Shown here in pieces: positions 51,118 to 63,570 of a stretch of 64,000 bases of DNA (the first letter of the stretch is position 1; the number at the start of each line of letters is the position of its first letter). Under the pieces are notes generated by a model. That model saw only the letters and a program-made list of their open reading frames with translations, ran no database searches and was not told the origin of the DNA. A program made the translations under genes and the position numbers. The DNA is from Botryllus schlosseri (Eukaryota), in NCBI GenBank assembly GCA_051294905.1, contig CM119371.1:1242001-1306000 (forward strand). The letters run 5' to 3'.

Positions 51118-54100
51118 ATGCCATACACCAGGAGAATGAGTACCGGTAATTTCACAAGAACAGGCATCACGACAGCCCTAAAGAATACACTGAAGAGTTT
51201 GAAAATCTATAAAAATCCAAATCCAGCTAAGCGGGCACCAACAATATCTCTCCACCATATACTCCACAGGATGGGATGCAGTGATTCAGCACCATCCGCA
51301 AATGTTCTGAATCGAAAATCCATCAGAGACCAAGACAAAAGATTTTGGAAATTTGGAACCATAAATGTCAGAACCATGAGAGAGGACGAGAAAGCATACG
51401 AGGTCGTCAAAGCAATATGCGACGCAGGCCTAGACATAGTCGGTTTACAAGAAGTGAAACGACTTGATAGAGGAGAAAAAATCATTGAGGCGAATGGATG
51501 TAAATACAAATTTTTCTGGCAAGGACACAAATCCATTCGTAAACATGGCGTAGGCATATTAATTCGACAGTGCAGCTTCATAAAGATTCGTGACGTGATT
51601 AACCTATCACCCAGATTGATTGTGGCAAAACTGACCGTGCACAACCTTGACTTAAAATTTATCATCAGCTATGCCCCGACGGAAGACAAAGCGTCATCAA
51701 CCAAGGCCGAATTTTACAATAGTCTTTCCAAAATCTGCCAAGCAGATGACGGTGAAAAGAACCAAAAGATTATTGTAATGGGAGATATGAATGCTACGAC
51801 GAACCTATGCGAAACGCACAGCTCTTTCAATGGTAAGAAAGGCATAATGAACTGCACATACAATGATAACGGTGATCGCCTGATCAACTTCTGCAGAGAG
51901 AAGGGCCTATGCGTCTCTAGCACGTTCTATATACATCACGAACGGCAGAAAACAACATGGACTAGCCCCGATGGCAAAACGCGAAAGAAATTGGACTACA
52001 TTCTTTGTGAATCTTGGCTGAGGCAATATATGGCCGACTGCTGTACAAAAAGATCTATTCAAATAAATTCAGATCATACAATTCTAGTGGCAAAAATGAA
52101 AACACCATTTACTAGACAAGAACGTTTCAGACCACGGAAATTTAATAAAGCAAGAGAGATCGGGGCCCCGGACCTCGGCTACCTGAACAATACCGACTAC
52201 AAAAACAGGCTAATCGAAGATGTAGAACAATCTCTTTCAACTGACTGCCAGGTAAAGGATGTGGACAGACTATACGAAAACCTAGCACTACCGATGCAAA
52301 TGTCCACGGAGAACATACTCCCGAAATATAAGAAGGAAAAATTTGGAAACTTATGGGAAAGTGATCAATCACTGAACGATTTGCTACAGAAACTGAAAGA
52401 CGAGGGACGGAACAATCCGGACTCTCAAAGTGCCATAACACTCCTCAGAAAGAAGATTAGAAAAAGAAAAAACTTTTTGATGAACAGGCACTGGAAAACT
52501 GAAGCAGAAAAAATAAATCTAAATGCGATAAACAGGGAAACCGCAACTCTGTTCAAAAACGCAAAGACACACGGTTGTACTCTGGGTAAAGGCAATACCA
52601 CAATTTCCTGCCAGGCGAGTAAACTGGCTGAATTCTTCAAAAACCATTTTGACGCACAAGGAAATGAGAAATCGGTTGGGATGCCAAATGATCTGGAAAA
52701 CATTCCAGATGCTGTAAAGTTGATGCAAGAAAATAGCTCCACCATCGATGAAGACCCACCAACACTCGAGGAAATTACACGAGCTATTGAAAAGCTGAAG
52801 CGTAAGAAATCCAGTTCAGACGTACCACCGGAGATTTTGAGAGCAATGGCGTCATCCAAATTGATCATGGACAAAATTACAGAATTGTTCCAAAAAATAT
52901 GGGAGATTGAAAAATTACCCCAATCATTCGGCCACAGCAAGCTAACTGCCATATGGAAGAACAAAGGAAGCAGAACCGATCCATCGACATATCGCGCTAT
53001 TCAAGTTGGAAGCGTATTCTGCAAACTGTTAATACAAATAATCATATCAAGAATAGAAGAATGGTACAACAAGCAAATTCTCGAATTCCAATGTGGTTTT
53101 AGAAAAGGGAAGGGAACCACCGACTGCATATATGTCACGAAGCAGTCTCAAATCATTGCTGAAAAAACTGATAAACAAACATATGCCTTGTTTGTCGATC
53201 TCTCCTCTGCGTTCGACCACGTTAACAGAACCTGGCTAATTCAGTCGCTACGAAATCGAATCGATGAGGAAAAGGGAACAAAAATCATCAACTTACTTGC
53301 CTCTCTATATCGATGTACAACAACCGAACTGAAAAGCCACCCTAACCTAACTTTTCCCACAAAATCTGGAGTTCGACAGGGCGGACCCGAATCCCCTATC
53401 CTCTTCAATCTTTATATGGACTATGCCGTGAGAGTCTTCCTACACAGATCGAAACTAGCCGATATCGCTTTCAGCCAGTATCATTTTCGCACACCGGACT
53501 ATGCACGAGAAGATAAAAGGGACAAGAACTACCAAGGAACCGCTATCAACATGGGCTCAGGCTATGCGGACGATCTTGAATTCTTTTTTAAAGACCAAAC
53601 TTCACTTCAGGAAGGTCTAAAACTGCTATCAGAAGTTCTTACTGAGTTTGGATTACAAATTAATGAGTCGAAAACAAAAACTATGATATTTAACCACAAT
53701 GAGGAACTGACTTACCCGACTTCAATCTGCTCTCTACACAATCATGATATTGAAAACGTGAAAACTTTCAAATACCTTGGTTGCATGATTCACTATAACG
53801 AAACGAATGTGGGGATATCCGAAATCAATAATAGGGTCAGCTCGGCACATGCTGCTTTCCAAACCTATAAATACCTGCTTCGAAACTTCAGAATTTGGAT
53901 TGGTACAAGAATAAAATTTTTGAATGCCTTTGTGCGAAGTCGACTCACATATGGCTGCAGTGTATGGTCTCTTTCGGAAAATCAAAGAAGCGTCCTGGAT
54001 GTCTGCTACAGACAATTTTTGCGAAAAATGGTACACGGAGGCTACACTCGAAGGGGAACCGATCACGCATTCAAAATTAGCAATCAGAATCTTCATAGAA

Positions 54101-54327
54101 TCTGTCGCACTGAAGACCTTTCAGTATTCATTGATCACCAACAAGCTAAATTTCTTGCACACATAATTCGAAAACCTAATGACAGTGTCGTGAAGTCAAT
54201 AACGTTTGAAGATGAAAGGAGAACGAAAAAAGGAAGACCCTCCGCAACGCTGATGAGCAATGTCCTCAACCGGAACGACACCGACATCAGGACATTCTCA
54301 AAAGCAGCACTTTCAAGGGAAATTTAA
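51118..54327 (+). CDS. APE-RT ORF of the RTE-like LINE, copy B (duplicated with the block)
   Basis: Identical 1069-aa translation and identical flanks to 30165-33374. Confidence 0.95.
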   Translation: MPYTRRMSTGNFTRTGITTALKNTLKSLKIYKNPNPAKRAPTISLHHILHRMGCSDSAPSANVLNRKSIRDQDKRFWKFGTINVRTMREDEKAYEVVKAICDAGLDIVGLQEVKRLDRGEKIIEANGCKYKFFWQGHKSIRKHGVGILIRQCSFIKIRDVINLSPRLIVAKLTVHNLDLKFIISYAPTEDKASSTKAEFYNSLSKICQADDGEKNQKIIVMGDMNATTNLCETHSSFNGKKGIMNCTYNDNGDRLINFCREKGLCVSSTFYIHHERQKTTWTSPDGKTRKKLDYILCESWLRQYMADCCTKRSIQINSDHTILVAKMKTPFTRQERFRPRKFNKAREIGAPDLGYLNNTDYKNRLIEDVEQSLSTDCQVKDVDRLYENLALPMQMSTENILPKYKKEKFGNLWESDQSLNDLLQKLKDEGRNNPDSQSAITLLRKKIRKRKNFLMNRHWKTEAEKINLNAINRETATLFKNAKTHGCTLGKGNTTISCQASKLAEFFKNHFDAQGNEKSVGMPNDLENIPDAVKLMQENSSTIDEDPPTLEEITRAIEKLKRKKSSSDVPPEILRAMASSKLIMDKITELFQKIWEIEKLPQSFGHSKLTAIWKNKGSRTDPSTYRAIQVGSVFCKLLIQIIISRIEEWYNKQILEFQCGFRKGKGTTDCIYVTKQSQIIAEKTDKQTYALFVDLSSAFDHVNRTWLIQSLRNRIDEEKGTKIINLLASLYRCTTTELKSHPNLTFPTKSGVRQGGPESPILFNLYMDYAVRVFLHRSKLADIAFSQYHFRTPDYAREDKRDKNYQGTAINMGSGYADDLEFFFKDQTSLQEGLKLLSEVLTEFGLQINESKTKTMIFNHNEELTYPTSICSLHNHDIENVKTFKYLGCMIHYNETNVGISEINNRVSSAHAAFQTYKYLLRNFRIWIGTRIKFLNAFVRSRLTYGCSVWSLSENQRSVLDVCYRQFLRKMVHGGYTRRGTDHAFKISNQNLHRICRTEDLSVFIDHQQAKFLAHIIRKPNDSVVKSITFEDERRTKKGRPSATLMSNVLNRNDTDIRTFSKAALSREI

Positions 54328-57148
54328 TTTATAACCTAAATCTTTGATGCTCTCTCATTTTTGATGGATACTTCCATCACCTCGGTGATGGTGCTCTAAG
54401 TCTGAACGCAGACAGAGCTAGACCTATATATATATAATCATTTGAATCTTTTACTGCTTGCTGTCCAAGTTACCCCTAGTTCAAAGTTACCCCGGTTTTT
54501 ATTAAACCCCGGTTTACGGTTAATAAATTTTATAAACGAAACAGCCTATAACCTAGAACAGTTTTTAAAAGTAGGTGATTTTGAGAGACGTGAGTGAAAA
54601 AAAGTGTTAGAGATCCAGCGCTATACAAGCAAACCCATTGAGTATACAGATACAAAAATTTTGAATGCCACAGAAAAGTAGAGGGATAACGCTAACGATT
54701 ACTAGGGCAAGTTTTCGTTGCTGTAAAATCGCGAGAAAGTTGCACTTACTTTTGACAGAAGTTGCAGTAAAAAATTGCATTCATAATTTTTGTTGAACTA
54801 GTAGGATATGTGATACTTGAAAGGTTCTGTTGTATAACCTAGTTCCTGCAGAGCTATCAAATTTGTTACTCTGCCATTTCACGAACATTCTGGTAAGACA
54901 GTCAAAAATTATATTTTTTCCCGGTACACATCTAGAAAATTACGCAATGCATGAATAATTTTCCCCAAAAAGTCAAACAGCATAGCGATAAACCCCTGCC
55001 CCTAAAACAAGTCAAATAACAACCCCCTAGGTCTGCAAACTTGAGCCAAGGTGTTGCGGAAAAATCAGTCTTGGCAACTGTAACAAATTCAAAGGACTGA
55101 ATAAACTGACCCAATGAAAATGTAATTATCGGCGATCTCACATTAGCGTCCGTGAAATGGAAAACCATCTCGAATTTAAACGACAGAATTACTTAAGCGA
55201 TCTATTTACATATTGTTCCAACACTGTCGTGCTTGGCAGAGGCTGTTGAACTTCTTTTACTTGCAAGCCATTGTGTCACAGATAACACAGTGACATGCAG
55301 CTAACGCATCATATAGCTCTTTGGGATGCAAAAAGAGAATAGAAGCATACTAGAAATAATTTGAAGCATGTTTTCAAATCACTCCTTTACATTTTGACGC
55401 AATATTTGATAAAAATTGCAGTAAAAAGAAAAATAGTGAAAAGTTGCACTATAAAATCCCCCCAAACAGCTTAAAACATCGCTGTACATAGATTCTGAGA
55501 TCTAGGAAGCTGTAAAAAGACTTGCAAAAACTTGCCCTACTCGTATACCTTTGGTCTAGTCTTTAGAGTGGCCAAAAAGATATGTTTAACTCTTTGGTTG
55601 GGAAATCAATGGAAAAAGTTTGGGAACCCCTGACCTACAGAAGATATGATGGTCATAGCAAAAATACATTATTATTGCTGATCAATATGTTGCCAGCACT
55701 AATCCTAGTAAAGAAATGGTGATTATGGATACGAAGTAATATTCATAGCCCGTTGAAGATTTTTGTCATATTGATTGTTACTGGGTGATTCTCTATCAAA
55801 TCAACCATTTAGTGGTCTCCCAATCATGAAGTTCACTTACTCTAATATTGAATGCTTGAGATGGTGCTGGTCATAAAACAGCTTAGTCAGATCACCTCGT
55901 CTAAAGATACAATAGATGAACCTCTTGAACCAGACGATAAAATGAGCTCAAGGGTAGAACCTGCTTAGACAATTCTCAAAAACAAGTCAACAACGTAAAA
56001 TTAGAATATTGTTGGTGTAATTCTGTCTACAGAAATATTGCATACCGGTGCGCTAGTTTCAAGAAAAACAATTCGTCTACTTTTGCCTACGATACATTAC
56101 TGTCGCAACTTTAAAATTCCAATACATATTTATTAATATCTCATTTGCATAGCATTCAGTGCTACCATATAGCTTTCATATGACACGGTTAATCAAAATT
56201 TGAAAGTTGACAAAAATGAGAAGGATACTCCTGTGATTTCCATGAGCAATGACATCAAACTTGAGTTACATGCTGGTTCCGGAACACGAATAACACTAAT
56301 AACTTGAAAGATATGTCTATGATATATGTTCATTCACGGGTCTCCATCGAGTTCCGCGCCTCAATTAGGTTTTTTTTTGATGTGGCGTTCAAGTCTTGCA
56401 TACCACTACTCGAAGTGCTATACTGTGACACTAGTTCCAAAAGGTTGAGAACTATACTGATATGAAAGTCTGGTTGTTTAAAATATTCGAACCAGTCATT
56501 GTCCTCAATTAGGCTACTCGTCTGCGAATACACAGAAATTTCAGCTATGGGCATATTCTCGACTTAGGGTCACATCAGTATGACGAGCCAGATATCGGCG
56601 TGACTCCATGTAACCTACAGAAACTGCGATGTTACATCCCAATCTAATGCTGGCTTGGCGTTTGAGCTTAATTTCTCTGTCGCTCTCTCCTGACCCACCT
56701 CCCTATTCCGCAAAAACATATCTGTTGTTACCTGGCTGTTATTGAAAAAAGCTACTGAGCCCGGCGGCGGACTAGTCTCTTTAAGTTCAACAGCATTTCT
56801 ATCGAATATTTTTCCAAGGAAACTGGGGAAACGAGGGTTTTTACTGTTGTTGTTGCCGTCACGGTAGCTCGAGTTATTGCATTATGACGTAACCCTCTTC
56901 ACAGAGAGTTTAACCTTAGGTCACGGGAAAGTGATGCGGCGACATTGCGTATAAATAATAAATATAGTGATTGCGGGATGGAGTGACGACTGAATTCAAA
57001 TCCCCGATTGATATTCATCCGCGACCGATTTTGGTGTTGAGATGACAATGATTAGCATCAGGATTTGGGAAAACAGCATTTGAGAAATTTTGGTGGATTA
57101 GGATTCTGATTGGATTTACCGATTTTCGGAAGATTGATGTCCTGTGGC

Positions 57149-60092
57149 CAGTGGCGGCTCGTCCTATAGGGCAACTGGGGCATTGCCCCACCTAAAATTC
57201 TGTTCAATAACAATTTAACCATTTATAGACGCACAGCAATCAGTATATACCGAGATCACGGCGAAACCCGCATTATTCTTGTGCTTTCGCTAACAAATGC
57301 CCATACATAGCGAAGTCTCTGCGAAAATCGAATTCTCTTCTGTGTTTTCGCTTTGTGAATGCCTAGCCGGGGCTTGCCCCGGTAGCGCTCATAACAAGCT
57401 TTCACTATCTATTCTCTCAAAGCCGCGCACAATAAAGAAACGGTGATTTACTCTCTCCTATTCGTAAAATGGCCGAGCAAGTGGGGCAACTATGCCTGTC
57501 GCCCTTAAGGTGTGATGTAACAATCGTATCTATATCTGAACTCGGTTACCGTGATATGCGTTGACTCGACCTTTGCTGGTATAGGTCGATTTTGACGGTG
57601 TTTCGCACCATGATAATTCTTGAAACTTGGTACGATATGTCGTGAAGGTAGTATTTAGCACTGCTCCAAGTTTCAGGCTTGCTACTCAAAGATAAGGGAG
57701 GTAATTTCGTTTCCGAAGTTCAGTGTGTGCTGATCTATCATGTACATTGTACAGCAAACAGATTTTACTCAAAAGCCGGTATTGGTCTTCATTGATTTTG
57801 ACGATGTTCCATACCGAGATCGGTCATGATATTTGGCACAGTAAGTCTTAATGTTAGTATCGACCGCTGTAATAAGTTTTAGGTTTTTCACTGAACTATG
57901 TGGGTGGTAATTTCGTTTCCAAAGTCGAGTGAGAGCTGACTCTTCATTTATCGCTAACAGATTTACGCAAAAGCCGTTAATGGTCTCTATTGATTTTAAC
58001 GATGATCCATACCTAGATCTGTCATGAGCTTTTGCACGGTATGTCTTGATTTTAGTATCGAACGCGGTGCCAAGTCTTAAAGTTGACGCTCAATGATTGA
58101 GGCAGTTATTTCGTTTTCGAGGTCGAGTATGGTAGAGATGCGCGCTGATCTGATACTTAGCCTACCTACATCATTGCGGATCTCACGGAAAAGCCGGTGT
58201 CTGTCTGTGCTAATCTAGTCTGCGTTCCATAACGAGATCGGTGATGATAGTTCCAATGGTATATCTCGATGATCGCATGAAACAGCTAACTAAGATTCTC
58301 GGTTTGCATTCAAATATTCACATAATTTTATGTTCGCCAATGTGCATTTCACTGTGAAATTTTGGCCTTCAAACCATTTGCTTACAATCCCCTGTCAAAT
58401 GCGATAGCTATTTCATTTTCGATGTCGGCTAACAGCTGATCATTCGATCAGCCTATTCCTCGATCTATTTTACTCAAAGTTCGGTGTTCGTCTGTTTGTA
58501 TTGATTTTGACAGTGTACCATGCCGGAATGGGTTATGAGATTGCGAATGCTACTTCTCGATGATTTCATGTAACAGTATGCTAAGTTTACGGCTTTCATT
58601 CATGTATTTATTGATTAATATATTTTCCAACGGCGATTTGGCAGCAGACAGTAAGCCGTATGTGTTGCGTCACAATCTCCAGTTTCAAGGCCAAAATGTA
58701 CTATGTTGTTCCGAGACCGAAGTTCCGAGGCTGCTGTCCTTAGTTCTTCAAAGACCATTCAAATTGATGTTCTGGATTCAATATGACAGGCCCAATCTAT
58801 GAGATAACAATTGCGTATGTGTCCGAAGTCGTTGACCTTTGCAGTTAGGCTTACGCAATCTCTCGAGTTCTAGTCATTGGAATTAGTCTGGTCAAGTCAA
58901 GTGCGAACATGAATCGTATTGAATCTTTGCTCCGTACGTACGCTAGTTTACGCAGTTGCCTTTAGAGCGAAAATTAAAGGTCTAGAAGACTACTCCTTGT
59001 CACTTCGACATATTCCTGTCTTTTCATTGTATCGCATTTTTGTGGTGTATTGAACTGATAAAATTGCTAATAAACCAATGATGATGATGATAGAAATTGT
59101 CCAGTCCATTGATCCAATCGTACGCCGGGTACCTCCGCTTTGGTTGCCTATCAGTGATGAGCGGATAGTGCTTTTTGAGACTCCGAATCCCTCCGACAAC
59201 TTTAGTGTCTGAGGAAAACTCCCTCCGACTCCGAAGAGCTCAATCCCAGACTCCTAGATACTCCGATGAATCTCGTCAAGTATCCGAAACAGTGGCAAGC
59301 ATGGTACACTTTGTAATGTGTTTTACTAAATTAATGTGATAATAGGGTTGGCCTCATAGTATTGTCTACTCTCCAGTCCCCAATTGCAGTGCATATGGCT
59401 GATTTTTTTGCACTTGGCAATCATCTTTGCATGTTACCCGTCATATTACAACTTTACAAGGTGTCAACTCTCTGCGTTTTGGTTTGTAATCATAATCAAG
59501 AGTGTATTCTGGCCAGAGCTATCCAAAGATATCGGAGACAAAAGTTACAATACTCCAAAATTCTCCGAAAAAATATCTGTAGTAAACTCCGACTCCGCTC
59601 CGACTGTCACAAAATCGGCAAAACTCCGCTCCGAATCCACTCCGATGCTCATCACTGTTGCCTATCACCTGGTCGTAACTCGTAACCACCAGCTCAGTGG
59701 TCGTAACACACCAGGATCGTGTACGAAACACTTTCGGACGGCCTATCGATTTGCGTAATCTCTAACTCTACCATGAAATCATAACGCATGCTACTAAGGA
59801 TGACCTGATAATTGATTCGTGGCATAGGGACGATTCTTAGTTCACGTACATTATGTAAAATAATCCTTTGATTAAAAAAAATGAATAAAACATTTGTTAC
59901 CACACTTCAAGTCACGGCTCACCGGCAAACCTCTGGCGGCACCTACGTTAAAATCACTGTTGTCGGGAAATTCATGAGACCATCATATTAAAGTTACTTT
60001 TTTACGTTGGAAAACGCCATTGTGACGTCATGTTGATAAAAGTCGCTCGCAGCCCTTGCCCCACCACCCGATATTGTCACGAGCCGCCACTG
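57149..60092. mobile_element. 2.9-kb non-autonomous hAT element, copy B
   Basis: Same TIRs and CCTGTGGC TSD as 36196-39139. Confidence 0.9.
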
Positions 60093-60504
60093 CCTGTGGC
60101 GAATGGTGACAAAGTTTTTCGACCTATCTAAGTTAGCCTACTTCGTGTATTTTGAGCATTTTGTTTATTTTTCACAGAACTATAGGCATGGGATATAGGC
60201 TTTTTAAGTGGAATGCTAAGTTTGAATCGGATTAGGATTAGGACTAGGATTGTAGAATACATAATTTTTGGATCAGAAAGGATCAGATAAGGACATAGAA
60301 GTTTTGAATCCGCTCATTTCTTGTTTATTGGCGTCATGTTGCAGTAATTATATCGTGAACATTGTTGTTATGGTATTATTGTCAGTTATACTTTCAATGT
60401 TTGAGATCATACGTGTATCAATGCATATGAATGTCGAAATATCCATTTAAATCAAGGACGAAACATGGATGCGGCGAGGTGGCATAATCGACAGCTACAA
60501 AACG

Positions 60505-61241
60505 TGTTGTCGGTCCGAATCCGACCGAGGTCGACTCCAGAATTCCCCTACCTAGGTGTTGGAGGTTTTTCTAGTATGGAGACCCGAGGTTTTCAGATTG
60601 TTCTGTATTTGCCATTTAGAAATTGCGTTGCGCATGGTATGGCTGGAGACCGGGTGTTGACTCAGTTCAGTGAGTAACTGAGTATGTCTCTATGTTTGGT
60701 AGCGTGAAGAATAAGTAGTTGGGAGCAGTAGCGTGAAGTAGAGGTGGTATTAGGCAATTAGGGCGAGAAGTAGTAGGTAGTTGGTCTTGTATTTGCAGAC
60801 TTGAGTTAGACGTACCTGTCGGAATCTCTGCGCGGACAGTTGGCTGTGACACGGCCTAGTCACTGACGGTACTACGCGAGTACCTAGGGGGCGATGTTGC
60901 CCCGTTGGTAGTTCGTAGCCCGCTTGTAGATGACAAGGCTGCTGCTGGGATGGGTTCATGCTGATAAGTATGTGTGCGTGCTGTGTGGGGTTAACACGGA
61001 GTGTCGTTACAGTTCGCTGTGCAGTGCATGTGTCGATTCTGTCGAATATAGGTGTTGCAGATCGTCTGGGTTCCGTTGTGTCCGTGAGCATCGCTATTAT
61101 GAGATTCTTGTGTCGTATCAATATAATATTATAACCGCATACGCTTGTGGTGTTGTCAGTGTCAGGCTCCGTCGTGTATTGTGTAAGTGTCGTTTGAGCA
61201 GGCGGCAGTCGCAAAGAGACGAAGTCACAAGCCCAGTAACA
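60505..61241. mobile_element. Possible solo LTR or other retroelement fragment; contains the right duplication breakpoint
   Basis: TGTT...AACA ends, higher GC and a strong G/T strand skew relative to the flanks. No convincing TSD. A truncated copy lies at 39552-39906. Confidence 0.3.
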
Positions 61242-61326
61242 CACCTGCGTTCCCGTTATTGCTAGTGGTATTCGCGTAACGAGGTCACTACACTACGCTC
61301 CTGTTCGCCATATCATCCGCGTAAGC

Positions 61327-62175
61327 CAGGGGTCACCAACACGCGGCCCGCGGGCCGCATGCGGCCCACGAGGTCATATTTTGCGGCCCGCGACTTGCTT
61401 TGAGATTTCGGAAGGAAGCTAAGAAAACATTTTGCAAATGCTGAAATTGACCTGCAATGGCCGAAATACTGCCAAGACCAAGGCGCTTAGAAAACGGCTT
61501 AGGGAAGTGGTTCTGAAACTGTGGGGCGCGTCCCCTTGTGGCGGCGTGAAAGCATCTGAAGGGGGCGCGGAGCTGTAGTCAACTGAAAAAATTTTCGCGC
61601 TCCGCGCGATTTACCTCGGGTTCATACTTATTGTTATTGCTCTGTGTACAGTCCCGAATTCATATTCTAGAATTATCTCATCAACATTCATAACTTTCCA
61701 TGCCATTAAACTACCCGTTCGGCTTGCTAGCTTTATGGATGCGTTTTGTGATGTGACAATAGGGGGGGCGACAATTTTCAGTATCATAAAGCGGGACATG
61801 TCTAAAAATGTTTGAGAACCACTGGCTTAGGGCTTCTTCACGAGATCAAGCTTTACGTGGAGATGGTCTTTCATCTAGTAACGTATCTCGCTAGCCTCAA
61901 AAAGCGTTTCAAGGTATCGTGCACAGCTCAGAGTTCAAAATAAAATGAAATTGATGACGGTGATAATCTGTTCTATTTTTATTCATTTAATAAAATGTTA
62001 CTTCTTTTGTGATCACTATGCCCATCGCCCTACGTTAGGTAGCACAGCGTTGTATACTGACGTAGAGTTTTAAACCGTGGTTACCTACTTTATATCGATA
62101 TTAAATTCATGCGGCCCGCGGCCGCTACGAAATTTGAAAAGTGGCCCGCGACCCGTTTTGAGTTGGCGACCCCTG
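61327..62175. mobile_element. hAT MITE (GGCCCGC family)
   Basis: TIR CAGGGGTCACCAAC / GTTGGCGACCCCTG. Perfect TSD GCGTAAGC at 61319-61326 and 62176-62183. Confidence 0.9.
61505..61824. mobile_element. Nested hAT MITE
   Basis: Ends AAGTGGTTCTGAAAC / GTTTGAGAACCACTG. Perfect TSD GCTTAGGG. Confidence 0.85.
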
Positions 62176-63437
62176 GCGTAAGCGGTGCCTTACAAAAGCC
62201 TAGAAGTGTACCGCGCTACAAATCGACAGTTAAGGAATTAAAATTAATTAATTTTGGCCTGGTGTAAATGATCATTGTAGTCTACAAACACCATGAATAC
62301 CACAAACAACAGCCCAAGCAACAGCTCTTGGTTTTAAAAAATCTTGTTGAAACTTGACATATTGTCTTCAAGGGTAGTGATGAATATAAGTTGAGTTGCT
62401 TTGACAAGGTGTCTTGAGTCAAAAAGTATGGGTGCCATCGGTCTACCAGCTCCCAAACTTACGCATTTCCATGTTCAAATGCAGTGTACTCTTGAGACTG
62501 CAATTCCACCACCTTACAGTAAAAAAATGAAAAAGCAATGAAAATATGTCCTCGAATCCAGCTTTCATATGATACCCTACTCGCTTGAATATTTTTATAG
62601 GATTTTGAACAATTTGCATTCTAAATTGTGCTACGCTTGACCGCTTCCAGACCATCGATCAAATTTCGCCTCAATTTAACCTGCAACTTTAGATAACTAA
62701 GGTAAACCGATTTACCTTAGTTATCTATAATGTAATACCACACCGCATGGCATTTAATACCACATGGGAATATAGACCAAATAGCCTAGCTACTCAGATA
62801 ACCGAGTGCCAAATCTCAACTCTAGGAGATAAGATCTGTTTGCACCTTTCCGAATTTTACATTTATAAACCTGAATGCTGTAGAGCTGAAATGAGCAGAA
62901 AATCGTCAAATTTTCAAAATGAGGTAAATTTGGACCCAGAGTTCCATTTTCCTCAAATAAACTTCAGTGTGTTTGAAATTGACTCATATATAATTGCATC
63001 AAATTTCTGAAGATTTGGGAATGAGGTTGTTCCAACTATTGTTGTCCAGGTTGGAAATGGCCCGTTGGGAACCACTGGGTTATTTGCACTGTATTAATTG
63101 CAGACATGGCGGCGTCTATGACAATGCTGTTCTCAAATCCCCATTTTATCCGTCATTATCGACGAGAAATGGCTTTGAAAAGACAATGCCGTCGATAAAA
63201 TTCATTCATTAAATACGATTTATTCCGTGTATATGTGGACAAATGGGCGAATAATGTATCAATTTAGCAAACCGGCCCGCCAAGTAGGCATACTGAATTT
63301 TTGTATATCCGACCCGCCGACTGGAGAAGTTGCCCGCCCCTTGCGTAAGCGGTGTTCTATAAAAGCCAAGAATTGAGCTGTACTACAAGTCGGCGGCAAC
63401 GGAATAGAAATGAAGAAAATTCCGGTCTGGTGTCAAT

Positions 63438-63570
63438 CAGGGCTCTGGAGCCGGAGCTGTAGCCCGGAGCCGGAGCCCCGGAGCAGTGCATTTTCGCCGG
63501 AGCCGGAGCTCTAAATAAAATACAGCCGGAGCTGGAGCCAGTTATTTGAGGAGTAGCTCCGGCTCCGACG
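63438..63570. mobile_element. Left end of a hAT-type MITE with GGAGCC repeats
   Basis: CAGGGCTCTGGAGCCGGAGC... with an array of CCGGAG motifs. The matching right end was not identified in the window. Confidence 0.55.

Larger units (their letters stand above)
39916..60859. repeat. Tandem segmental duplication, copy B (20,944 bp)
   Basis: Identical ORF set at a constant offset of 20,953. The sequence continues uniquely after 60859 (TCACTGACGG...). Confidence 0.97.

Noticed and set aside
51118..54327. Second LINE as an independent insertion
   Set aside because: Its flanks are identical to copy A over kilobases, so it was copied by the segmental duplication.
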